From contig NZ_RSDW01000001.1 in NCBI RefSeq assembly GCF_003945235.1, positions 2,280,001-2,312,000 of the forward strand: 32,000 nucleotides of DNA. Reading direction: 5' to 3'. The translations under genes were made by a program, and so were the position numbers. Shown in pieces: positions 9,468 to 16,792 of this stretch (its first letter is position 1; every line of letters begins with the position of its first letter). The notes beneath the pieces are model-generated. The model saw only the letters and a list, made by a program, of their open reading frames with translations. It did not search any database and was not told where the DNA came from. Source of the stretch: Edaphobacter aggregans (GTDB lineage Bacteria > Acidobacteriota > Terriglobia > Terriglobales > Acidobacteriaceae).

Positions 9468-9573
9468 CGGAGGCAGCTTAAGAACTCATGAGGTCCGCTT
9501 TCTAAACAAACTGTTTGATCTGTCTCACTACGCTCATCGAGAAACGACCAGGTTGCTAATGCAGGAGGGTTGC

Positions 9574-10800
9574 ATGGGCGAAATTTGGCAAAGTGGTCAA
9601 AAAAACTATATTAGCCAAGTCATCTTGAAGGTCGCGGCTCGCTGCAATCTGAACTGTTCCTATTGCTACGTCTTCAACATGGCTGATTCTTCCTGGAAGA
9701 GCCGGCCAGCGTTGATGTCAAATGAGGTGTTTGAAGCAGCACTCGCGCGCACTCTCGAGCAATGCCGTGCTACCGGTCAGGATCGAATCCTCTTAGCCTT
9801 CCACGGAGGTGAGCCGTGTCTGATTGGTCCCGACAGATTCGACGCTTGGTGTGCAAGGGCGCAAGCTGTGCTGGGTAAGGTCGTAAATCTACATCTGGTC
9901 ATGCAGACGAACGGGACGCTCCTGGATTCTCGCTGGATCGATCTACTCCGAAAATACGAAGTAAGCATCGGGATCAGCATGGACGGTCCCAAAGAGATCC
10001 ATGATGCCGTAAGGGTCGATCACCGGCGACAAGGTTCCTACGATCAGGTGGAGCGCGGATTAAGGCTCTTGCAAGAAGCAGACATTCCGTACGGTGTCGG
10101 ATGTGTGATCCCGCTGGGAGCTGATCCATTGGTTGTACACCGTCATTTCCTGCAGCTCGCCTGCAAACAAATCACTTACTTGATGCCTCACTTTACTCAC
10201 GACACTATTGCGCCCATCTGGCAACGCTACGGAGCCACACCCTGCGCGGATTTTCTCATCCCGATCTTCGACGATTGGTGGTTTGAGGGCACCATGGAAT
10301 TCCAAATCAATAATTTGAAAGATGTGGCACGGGTGATCATGGGCGGTCAGAGCCACTCTGAGGCGATTGGCAACGGTCCGCCGGGCTACGTATTTATCGA
10401 AGCAGATGGAGAGATGGAAGGGCTCGATAATCTTCGTGCCTGTGGCGAAGGACTTTCCCGAATCAAGCTGAACGTCCGCAATTCCAGTTTTTTCGATCTG
10501 TTACGAACCGAGACGATGCACGCCCAGGCTATCTTTGAAGGCATGCCACTCGCGCAAACCTGCCGTGACTGCAGCGAAGCAAAAACGTGCGCGGGCGGCC
10601 ATCTCGCACATCGTTTTTCCAGCGCTCGAGGCTTCGATAATCCAAGCGTCTGGTGCGCGGACCTGCTAAAACTCTTCTCCCACGTCCGAGCTCGGATGGG
10701 TGTGAGCCTGCAAGAAACCGATGAATTCCGGAGAACGCTGGCGATGCGAAATGCCATAAGTCTTGACGCTGCACCTCGGCTCTCTCCCTCTGCGGCCTGA
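9574..10800 (+). CDS. radical SAM/SPASM-domain peptide maturase-like protein (FxsB/XyeB cyclophane-forming clade by motif)
   Basis: The track ORF 9271..10800 most likely starts at ATG 9574, behind GGAGGG at 9564..9569 (ATG 9559 is an alternative). The upstream 101 codons are Arg/Ser-rich and look non-coding. The CX3CX2C motif CNLNCSYC sits in ILKVAARCNLNCSYCYVFNMADSSWKSRPALMS, followed by GGEP. The C-terminal Cys cluster is CRDCSEAKTCAGGHLAHRF...FDNPSVWCADL. Confidence 0.85.
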   Translation: MGEIWQSGQKNYISQVILKVAARCNLNCSYCYVFNMADSSWKSRPALMSNEVFEAALARTLEQCRATGQDRILLAFHGGEPCLIGPDRFDAWCARAQAVLGKVVNLHLVMQTNGTLLDSRWIDLLRKYEVSIGISMDGPKEIHDAVRVDHRRQGSYDQVERGLRLLQEADIPYGVGCVIPLGADPLVVHRHFLQLACKQITYLMPHFTHDTIAPIWQRYGATPCADFLIPIFDDWWFEGTMEFQINNLKDVARVIMGGQSHSEAIGNGPPGYVFIEADGEMEGLDNLRACGEGLSRIKLNVRNSSFFDLLRTETMHAQAIFEGMPLAQTCRDCSEAKTCAGGHLAHRFSSARGFDNPSVWCADLLKLFSHVRARMGVSLQETDEFRRTLAMRNAISLDAAPRLSPSAA

Positions 10801-10861
10801 AGAAAAATTCCACCCCGAACACTGCAAACAATTGCATTTTGATCCGTGATACGTTGACCTC

Positions 10862-11344
10862 ATGGATCTCAATCCGTACGCCAAATTCCTCGACGAACGA
10901 GACCCACTCCCGGTCATTACTTCGACCGCAGACCGTCTCCGCGTCCTTACCGAGCCCTTCTCCCCGGCCCAGGCCGACGCAGAGCCGGCCCCCGGTAAGT
11001 GGAGCGTCCGCGAGATCATCGCCCACCTCGCCGACTGCGAGCTCGTCTTCAGCTTCCGTCTCCGCCAGACCCTCAGCGAAGAGCATCCCATCATCCAGCC
11101 CTTCAATCAGGAGAACTGGGCCACGCGTTACGCCGCCTACGACCTCGCCTCTGCGCTCGCGCTCTTCACCGCTGCCCGCAACTGGAACCTGAAATTCCTC
11201 ACCACAGTCGACGAAGCCGACCGCCACCGCCCCACCACTCACCCCGAGCGCGGCACCATGACCCTCTGGACCATCGTCGAGACCATGGCCGGCCACGACA
11301 TCAATCACCTTCAGCAGCTCGAACGGATCACCGCAACCGCGTAG
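10862..11344 (+). CDS. DinB-family (DinB_2-like) protein
   Basis: 160-aa ORF. Typical features are ...WSVREIIAHLADCELVFSFRLRQ... and the C-terminal ...ETMAGHDINHLQQLERI, giving the His triad spacing of DinB/YfiT-like four-helix bundles. Confidence 0.75.
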   Translation: MDLNPYAKFLDERDPLPVITSTADRLRVLTEPFSPAQADAEPAPGKWSVREIIAHLADCELVFSFRLRQTLSEEHPIIQPFNQENWATRYAAYDLASALALFTAARNWNLKFLTTVDEADRHRPTTHPERGTMTLWTIVETMAGHDINHLQQLERITATA

Positions 11345-11376
11345 TCACCTCGCAAGCCCATCCCCTTCGCGAGCGC

Positions 11377-12006
11377 CTACAGCCCCAAAGCGTCATTCAC
11401 ATCGCGAACCAGATTCCGCAGATAACTCCGCTTATTCAGCAGCGCCACCATCGCATCTCTGACTCTCGCCTTTGCCGCCTCATCGCCGGCATCCACAGCA
11501 GCATCCCACGCGGTCCAAAGCCCTTCGAGCTCCGCCTGCGTCTCCACCATCTTCGCGTCGAAGGCGTCCTTGGTAGTCATCAGATCGCGCCGCAGCTCCG
11601 GCTCATCCTCGCCCATCTGCTTCGCGGCGCGCATCTCCTGAAGCTGCATGTTCAGCTCGAAGACCTCCTCCAGCAACTCTGGCGGAACCACCTGCTTCTT
11701 CTCAATCCCCGTAGCCCGAGCCGCATCGGTCGCGGCCTTCGACTGCTCCTCCAGCTCCACGCCTTCGAGCTTCAGCAGATACTGCGTCCGCAGAATCGGG
11801 TCCTTCAGCGTTCGATATGCGTCGTTCAACTCTGAACTAGCCGCCAGCGCAGCCTCCTGTTCGGCGGCGGGCTTCGAAGCGAACCGATCCGGATGCAACT
11901 TGCGCGACAAAGCATAAAACTGCTTCTCGAGCGCCGCTGCGTCAAGGTGTAAATGTTGAGGAAGTTGAAAAAGAGTGAAGTAGCTGCTCTGCGAATCGTG
12001 GCTCAT
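11377..12006 (-). CDS. hscB: Fe-S cluster co-chaperone HscB (J-domain)
   Basis: J-domain with LHPDRF (the HPD motif) in YFTLFQLPQHLHLDAAALEKQFYALSRKLHPDRF. The likely start is ATG 12006 (MSHDSQSSYF), 11 nt after the iscA stop. The track ORF extends to 12048. Confidence 0.85.
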   Translation of the reverse strand: MSHDSQSSYFTLFQLPQHLHLDAAALEKQFYALSRKLHPDRFASKPAAEQEAALAASSELNDAYRTLKDPILRTQYLLKLEGVELEEQSKAATDAARATGIEKKQVVPPELLEEVFELNMQLQEMRAAKQMGEDEPELRRDLMTTKDAFDAKMVETQAELEGLWTAWDAAVDAGDEAAKARVRDAMVALLNKRSYLRNLVRDVNDALGL

Positions 12007-12017
12007 CACTTTTAAGC

Positions 12018-12521
12018 TTACGCCGTAAAGCTCGACCCGCACCCACAACTCTTCGTCGAGTTCGGATTGATGAAATTGAACCCCTGACGCATCAGTGTCT
12101 CTTCAAAGTCCAGCACCATGCCATGCAGATAGATAAAACTCTTCGGGTCGACGAATATCCGAATCGGCGCGCCGTTAGTCGGATCGCCCGAAGTCTGAAT
12201 CCCCGCGCCAAACGTGTACACACGGTCCCGCTCGCGAGGCTGCGAATCAAAACGAATGTTGTAGCTAAGCCCCGAGCACCCACCACCCTGAATCCCAACG
12301 CGCAGCCCGCCCTGCTCCGGCGAAACACCCTCCTTCGCCATCGCCACGCGAATCCGCTTCAGCGCCTTCTCGGTAATCTGAATGCCCTTCTGGTTCGGTT
12401 CCTGCCCTTCGGCCGTCAGCACATTCATCCCAGCCAGCGGATTCTTTGGTTCAGACGAAGCAGCCTGCTTCCTGCTTGCCTCCATCTCCGCCGCGGATTG
12501 TAACGTCACCATCGCCATCAT
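12018..12521 (-). CDS. iscA: IscA/HesB-family iron-sulfur cluster insertion protein with N-terminal extension
   Basis: GLRVGIQGGGCSGLSYNIRFD ... NPNSTKSCGCGSSF is the C-x(n)-CGCG signature. ATG 12521 has GAAGGTG upstream, and the internal ATG 12428 is an alternative start. Confidence 0.85.
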   Translation of the reverse strand: MMAMVTLQSAAEMEASRKQAASSEPKNPLAGMNVLTAEGQEPNQKGIQITEKALKRIRVAMAKEGVSPEQGGLRVGIQGGGCSGLSYNIRFDSQPRERDRVYTFGAGIQTSGDPTNGAPIRIFVDPKSFIYLHGMVLDFEETLMRQGFNFINPNSTKSCGCGSSFTA

Positions 12522-12633
12522 TCACACCTTCAACAAAACGACCACGGATCCCCACAGATCCGCGCGGACTAGTACGCCTGTACCTAAATCCCCGCTCATC
12601 CGCACTCATCCGCGGTCGTCTACTGATCTAGCC

Positions 12634-13056
12634 TTAGTGAGCCGCAGCAACCTCAGCGTTCGCCGTCTCACCAACATTGTTCTTCTTCTTCCAGTCGCTG
12701 ATCGCCGCGTGGATGGCATCCTCAGCCAGCACCGAGCAGTGAATCTTCACCGGAGGAAGCGCAAGCTCCTTCACGATGTCCGTGTTCTTGATCGACAGAG
12801 CCTCGGCCACCGTCTTACCCTTCACCCACTCCGTAGCGAGCGAAGACGAAGCAATCGCCGAACCGCAGCCGAAGGTCTTGAACTTGGCATCTTCGATCAC
12901 CTGCGTCTCGGGGTTCACCTTGATCTGCAGCCGCATCACGTCGCCGCACTCTGGCGCCCCTACAAGCCCGGTGCCAACCTCGTCCGAAGACTTATCCATC
13001 TGTCCAACGTTCCGGGGATTGTTGTAGTGGTCAATTACCTTATCGCTATATGCCAT
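12634..13056 (-). CDS. iscU: Fe-S cluster assembly scaffold IscU
   Basis: MAYSDKVIDHYNNPRNVGQMD...GAPECGDVMRLQIKV...FKTFGCGSAIASSS...LPPVKIHCSVLAEDA are the canonical IscU motifs. Confidence 0.95.
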   Translation of the reverse strand: MAYSDKVIDHYNNPRNVGQMDKSSDEVGTGLVGAPECGDVMRLQIKVNPETQVIEDAKFKTFGCGSAIASSSLATEWVKGKTVAEALSIKNTDIVKELALPPVKIHCSVLAEDAIHAAISDWKKKNNVGETANAEVAAAH

Positions 13057-13134
13057 TTTGTGTCCCTCGTCTCTTACTTAGATGATATCTCTGGAAATAA
13101 GGTCCAATCGAACCCTAATTCCCTACCCGCTGCC

Positions 13135-14439
13135 TTAGTGCGCTGCCCATTCAATCTTCGAGAGGTCGATCCCTTCCTTCACCATCTCATACAGCGGGCT
13201 CAACTCACGCAGCTTCTGCACCACATCAATCAACTTGTCTGAAACATAATCCACTTCCGCCTTCGTGTTGAACCGACCAAGGCCAAACCGAATCGAGCTA
13301 TGGGCTACATCGTCGCCCAGGCCCAAAGCCTTCAATACATACGATGGTTCAAGAGTCGCCGAAGTGCAGGCCGAGCCTGAAGAAACCGCGATGTCGTTGA
13401 TACCCATCAGCAGGCTCTCGCCCTCGACATACACAAAGCTCATGTTCAGATTGCCCGGCAGATGGTGCTCCATGTTGCCGTTGACGTGCACGTAATCCAG
13501 AGCCTTCTCAAACTTTGCGCGCAGATAATCACGAAGCTCCGTCTCACGCTTCGCCTCGGTCGCCATCTCTTCGCCGCAGATCTCGCAGGCTTTGCCCAGT
13601 CCAACGATGCCGGGAACGTTCAGCGTGCCCGACCGCATCCCGCGCTCATGACCGCCGCCGTTGATCTGCTCAGAGATCTGCACACGCGGATTGCGCCGGC
13701 GCACATACAACGCGCCCACACCCTTCGGCCCATAGATCTTGTGGCCACTCAGGCTCAGTACATCGATGTTGTCCTTCTGGACATCCACCGGAACCTTGCC
13801 TACAGCCTGCACTCCATCGGTGTGGAACAGGATGCCCTTCTCGTGACACAGCTTGCCAATCTCGGCAACCGGCTGGATCACTCCAATCTCGTTATTCGCG
13901 TACATGATCGATACAAGAATCGTCTTGTCGTCAATCGCCCGCTTCAAATCTTCGATGTCGATCAACCCGTCGGCCTGCACCGGCAGATACGTCACGCGGT
14001 AGCCCTGCTTCTCAAGCTTCTTGCACGTATCGAGCACAGCCTTGTGCTCCGTCACCTGCGTGATGATGTGGTTGCCGCGTTCGCGGTACATCTCGGCGAT
14101 GCCCTTCAAAGCCAGATTGTTCGACTCCGTCGCACCCGACGTGAAGATGATCTCCTTGGCCGTCGCACCGATCAGCTTCGCCACCTGCTCGCGCGCGTTT
14201 TCCACCGCCTTCTCGGCCTCCCAGCCGAACGAGTGATTGCGGCTCGCCGCATTCCCAAAGGTCGACGTGAAATACGGCATCATTGCTTCAAGAACCCGCG
14301 GATCCAGCGGCGTCGTCGCATGGTTATCCATGTAGATCGGCAGGTGCACGCCCTCTGGCAGAGGCGTTGAAGACTCAGTCACAATGATTCCCGTTCCGTT
14401 TCCGTTGCTGCTCATATCGTTCCCCGCTCCAAATTCCAA
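13135..14439 (-). CDS. iscS: cysteine desulfurase IscS
   Basis: Class V aminotransferase motifs are present: [31 protein letters not shown] (PLP lysine) and SSGSACTS (catalytic Cys loop). The start is ATG 14439 or ATG 14415. Confidence 0.95.
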   Translation of the reverse strand: MEFGAGNDMSSNGNGTGIIVTESSTPLPEGVHLPIYMDNHATTPLDPRVLEAMMPYFTSTFGNAASRNHSFGWEAEKAVENAREQVAKLIGATAKEIIFTSGATESNNLALKGIAEMYRERGNHIITQVTEHKAVLDTCKKLEKQGYRVTYLPVQADGLIDIEDLKRAIDDKTILVSIMYANNEIGVIQPVAEIGKLCHEKGILFHTDGVQAVGKVPVDVQKDNIDVLSLSGHKIYGPKGVGALYVRRRNPRVQISEQINGGGHERGMRSGTLNVPGIVGLGKACEICGEEMATEAKRETELRDYLRAKFEKALDYVHVNGNMEHHLPGNLNMSFVYVEGESLLMGINDIAVSSGSACTSATLEPSYVLKALGLGDDVAHSSIRFGLGRFNTKAEVDYVSDKLIDVVQKLRELSPLYEMVKEGIDLSKIEWAAH

Positions 14440-14498
14440 TCTCTGTTGCTGCTCAATATCTTTTGAACATTATTAACGGCTGGCAGCCGCGTACAAGT

Positions 14499-14951
14499 CT
14501 AAAGCGCGATGCTTACTAAACCACCACCCACCGCAACATGCTCCACGTCCGCAGCTTCAACCAGGTCTGCTATATAGATGCCGCTCAACAGGTCTTTGAT
14601 GCTGTCATTGACTTTGCGGAGTGGTTCTTTGATAGTGCAGGTGCTCGTCAGATCGCATGCTCCATGAATCGTGATACAGCTGGTGATAAACAACGGCCCG
14701 TCGATCGCCCGGATCACCTCAAACGCAGAGATCTCCGAAGCCGATTTAGCCAGAGCATATCCACCATTCGTCCCCGCATGTGAGACCAGCAAACCAGCCT
14801 TGGCTAGTGTCTGCAGGATCTTCGCCAACAGCTGGGGAGGAATGTGATATGCCTCGGCGATGTCCTTAGCGCTATGCGCACCATGAGTCTGCTCGGCCAA
14901 ATACTTCAAAGCCATCAGACCGTAGTCCGCTTTTTTTGTCAGACGCAGCAT
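14499..14951 (-). CDS. iscR: Rrf2-family transcriptional regulator IscR
   Basis: MLRLTKKADYGLMALKYLA... is an Rrf2 wHTH. The three-Cys cluster is SCITIHGACDLTSTC. It is the first gene of the isc operon. Confidence 0.9.
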   Translation of the reverse strand: MLRLTKKADYGLMALKYLAEQTHGAHSAKDIAEAYHIPPQLLAKILQTLAKAGLLVSHAGTNGGYALAKSASEISAFEVIRAIDGPLFITSCITIHGACDLTSTCTIKEPLRKVNDSIKDLLSGIYIADLVEAADVEHVAVGGGLVSIAL

Positions 14952-14992
14952 CTGTAAACTCTCAGGGTCCCGTTCAGCACCGAAACTGCCAG

Positions 14993-15046
14993 AATACCGA
15001 CAATTCCAGTCCTAGATAGTGTACGTCCGGAACGACCAGCACGCAA
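14993..15046 (-). promoter_or_regulatory. candidate isc promoter with an IscR type-1-like box
   Basis: On the minus strand: TTGCGT (15046..15041), a 17-nt spacer, then TACACT (15023..15018). Immediately after comes ATCTAGGACTGGAATTGTCGGTATT. On the plus strand this is AATACCGACAATTCCAGTCCTAGAT (14993..15017), with a GACA-N5-AGTC core. It matches about 16/25 of the E. coli type-1 IscR motif as I recall it. Confidence 0.3.
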
Positions 15047-15170
15047 CCAGCTTTCCCTTTCTTTGTACCGTTACCAAACCACCGGCTGGCCAGCGAAAAA
15101 TACTGCGAAAGGGCAATTGACAACCTCCTTCAATACGGGCAAAATCCATACCATTCGCACCTCCCCATCC

Positions 15171-15359
15171 ATGACCGCCACCTGCAAACACCCAATCGTC
15201 AAAATCGTCTCGCGCGACGAAGATGCTGAGTTCGTCGAGTGCCAGCAATGCGGTGAAGTATTTGATTCCGCAGAGTTTAACGACATCGCCATCGAAGAAG
15301 AGGAGAGCGTCTCCGACGACGAGGCAGACACCAAGCCCGCCCCCAAGTCCAAACGCTAG
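15171..15359 (+). CDS. small acidic hypothetical protein (62 aa, three Cys)
   Basis: Sequence: MTATCKHPIVKIVSRDEDAEFVECQQCGEVFDSAEFNDIAIEEEESVSDDEADTKPAPKSKR. C-ending codon bias matches neighbouring genes. No obvious SD. The opposite-strand ORFs here are Gly/Cys-rich shadows. It overlaps the pgsA-like 3' end by 4 nt, convergently. Confidence 0.4.
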   Translation: MTATCKHPIVKIVSRDEDAEFVECQQCGEVFDSAEFNDIAIEEEESVSDDEADTKPAPKSKR

Positions 15360-15928
15360 ACCGCCGAGGGCTGTGAGGCATTCACGCGCCGGAACACAAT
15401 CCATGCATACTGTGCCGCCGACAACGGAGCCAGCCACGCAATGGCTTGGATCAACCAGCTGCGCAATGACCCTATCTCCATCAAAGGAAAGACCTTTTCG
15501 GAAAGCACCACCACCAGCCCAACGATCTGCACCAACGTATTCAGCTTGCCCAGAAGACTCGGCCGAAAGTCCCGCAGCGTCCCGGTAGCGAACAGCAGCG
15601 TGGCAATCAGCAGGATCCCCAGATCCCTGCTAAAAACCAGCACCGTCACGTAGCGCGGCACCATTCCCACATGCGTCAGCACCACAAAAAGTGTGCTCAT
15701 CAACAACTTGTCCGCAATCGGATCAAGATACTGTCCCAGTGTAGTCTTCTGGCTTAACCACCGCGCCAAAAGCCCATCCAGAGCATCGCTGACGCCAGCC
15801 AGCATGAAAAGCGCAAACGCCATCCTGTAATGCCCATCCAGTATTTGGATCACCAAAAAAGGAATGATAAACAGCCGCATCAGCGTAAGCAGATTAGGCG
15901 CAGCGCGGAATTGGCTCAGAAATGGCAC
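15356..15928 (-). CDS. pgsA: CDP-alcohol phosphatidyltransferase (PgsA-like)
   Basis: The signature D-x2-DG-x2-AR-x8-G-x3-D-x3-D appears in SDALDGLLARWLSQKTTLGQYLDPIADK. About 190 aa and multi-TM, with a GTG start at 15928. Confidence 0.75.
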   Translation of the reverse strand: MPFLSQFRAAPNLLTLMRLFIIPFLVIQILDGHYRMAFALFMLAGVSDALDGLLARWLSQKTTLGQYLDPIADKLLMSTLFVVLTHVGMVPRYVTVLVFSRDLGILLIATLLFATGTLRDFRPSLLGKLNTLVQIVGLVVVLSEKVFPLMEIGSLRSWLIQAIAWLAPLSAAQYAWIVFRRVNASQPSAV

Positions 15929-16064
15929 GCAGTGGATTCACTCAATCGTAACCTAAGTTAACGGAACGATTTGAGACCTTATTCCAGAACCAGCACACTC
16001 CCGCACCACACTAAAAAAATAGCCAATCACATGACCACACCAAACTCATAAACCGGCCACTCGT

Positions 16065-16093
16065 TTGCCTGAACCCACCGTTCCATTTAGACT
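16065..16093 (+). promoter_or_regulatory. promoter candidate for tRNA-Val
   Basis: TTGCCT (16065..16070), a 17-nt spacer, then TAGACT (16088..16093). It ends 11 nt before the tRNA 5' end. Confidence 0.35.
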
Positions 16094-16104
16094 AAAAAAT
16101 ACGC

Positions 16105-16181
16105 AGGCGCGTAGCTCAGTTGGTTAGAGCGCTACCTTGACACGGTAGAGGTCAGCGGTTCGAATCCGCTCGTGCCTACCA
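16105..16181 (+). tRNA. tRNA-Val (GAC)
   Basis: Hand-folded 77-nt cloverleaf. Acceptor AGGCGCG/CGTGCCT, D stem GCTC/GAGC, anticodon stem CTACC/GGTAG with loop TTGACAC, T arm AGCGG-TTCGAAT-CCGCT, encoded ACCA. Confidence 0.95.
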
Positions 16182-16194
16182 TTCCTTTCAATAA
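16137..16194 (+). repeat. direct repeat copy L (tRNA-Val anticodon loop to 13 nt past CCA), putative attL
   Basis: This 58-nt segment matches 27003..27060 at 52/58 positions in the same orientation. Confidence 0.7.
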
Positions 16195-16218
16195 CTTACC
16201 GCATCAAGGTTCCCCCTT

Positions 16219-16249
16219 ATGGGAACATCTCACGGAACGGATGGGAACA
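16219..16249 (+). repeat. tandem ATGGGAACA direct repeats (22-nt period) next to the tRNA-Val 3' end
   Basis: ATGGGAACA occurs at 16219..16227 and again at 16241..16249, with CGGAACG between the two copies. Confidence 0.5.
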
Positions 16250-16360
16250 CTAAGCAGTAGCTGGCAGCTTGAATAGTTCCACTACCCTGTCTTGTGCGTT
16301 GCGATTCTCCTCCGTGATTGCTTGGGCTTTGATGCCTAGCGATACGGTCGGGGCGCATCC

Positions 16361-16792
16361 CTAACGGTCTAGCCGCACAAGAAGCGGACCCAAGAGGTAG
16401 GCAACAAAGAATCCGCCACTCCAAATCAGGGCTGAGGTCCAAAGTACGAAGCGACTGACGCGGCTGACCTCCCCGCAGGTGCTTGGATCATCGGTGTCAC
16501 AGTTCTCGCCTATCCGCAAGCGCGGCGCGACGACATACGTCATCACAAAACTGGCTGAGATAAGCACGCCCGCAATGCTGAAGATCCAGATTTTATGCCG
16601 GGATAGGCTCACGAGCCACGGAGCTGCCGAAAGCAGCGATGCCACAGCCGTTCCCATCCCAAGCAAGACCAGGACAGACGGTAGGGCACAACAGATGAGC
16701 GTACTGAAAGAACTAAAGAGTGAGAAGTAGTTGAGTAAGGCTGCTCGTCTGGCTCGACGTGCAGGAGCTAAGGTCGGCGGGGTCGAAGTCAT
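16361..16792 (-). CDS. MerT-like integral membrane protein (CC motif in TM1, Cys pair in a loop)
   Basis: 143 aa. TM1 is FSTLICCALPSVLVLLGMG, followed by two or three more TM segments. The loop ENCDTDDPSTCGE carries a second Cys pair. The ATG overlaps the upstream HMA gene stop (ATGA). Confidence 0.55.
   Translation of the reverse strand: MTSTPPTLAPARRARRAALLNYFSLFSSFSTLICCALPSVLVLLGMGTAVASLLSAAPWLVSLSRHKIWIFSIAGVLISASFVMTYVVAPRLRIGENCDTDDPSTCGEVSRVSRFVLWTSALIWSGGFFVAYLLGPLLVRLDR

Noticed and set aside
9271-9573. N-terminal 101 codons of the track ORF 9271..10800 (TTG start)
   Set aside because: The translation (…RRSQGRPLRQYPWARGILTRKSGSNSNPSALTGSG…) is Arg/Ser/Gly-rich and not domain-like, and it spans perfect hairpins. 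A GGAGGG SD precedes ATG 9574, just upstream of the CX3CX2C motif. The region is treated as non-coding spacer.
10804-10824. Possible second att copy of the tRNA(CAT) 3' end just after the rSAM stop (AAAATTCCACCCCGAACACTG vs CAAATCCCTCCGGGCCCACCA)
   Set aside because: Only 12/21 positions match in an ungapped hand alignment. That is not distinguishable from chance, so the rSAM islet has no demonstrable attR.
13462-14370. Long antisense or alternative-frame ORFs (13462..14370 +, 5170..6075 +, 25514..26353 +, 10999..11835 +, 10529..11308 -, 12382..13242 +, 17216..17935 -)
   Set aside because: These are shadow ORFs opposite or overlapping strongly supported genes (iscS, TBDR-1, PP2C, DinB/hscB, iscU/iscA, OM barrel). 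Their Arg/Pro/His-rich composition is typical of GC-rich antisense frames, and no motifs were found.
15012-15437. 141-aa and 93-aa minus-strand ORFs between iscR and the pgsA-like gene
   Set aside because: Their translations are Gly/Cys/Val-rich and low-complexity, with no start context. The region is better explained by the isc promoter plus the plus-strand small acidic ORF.
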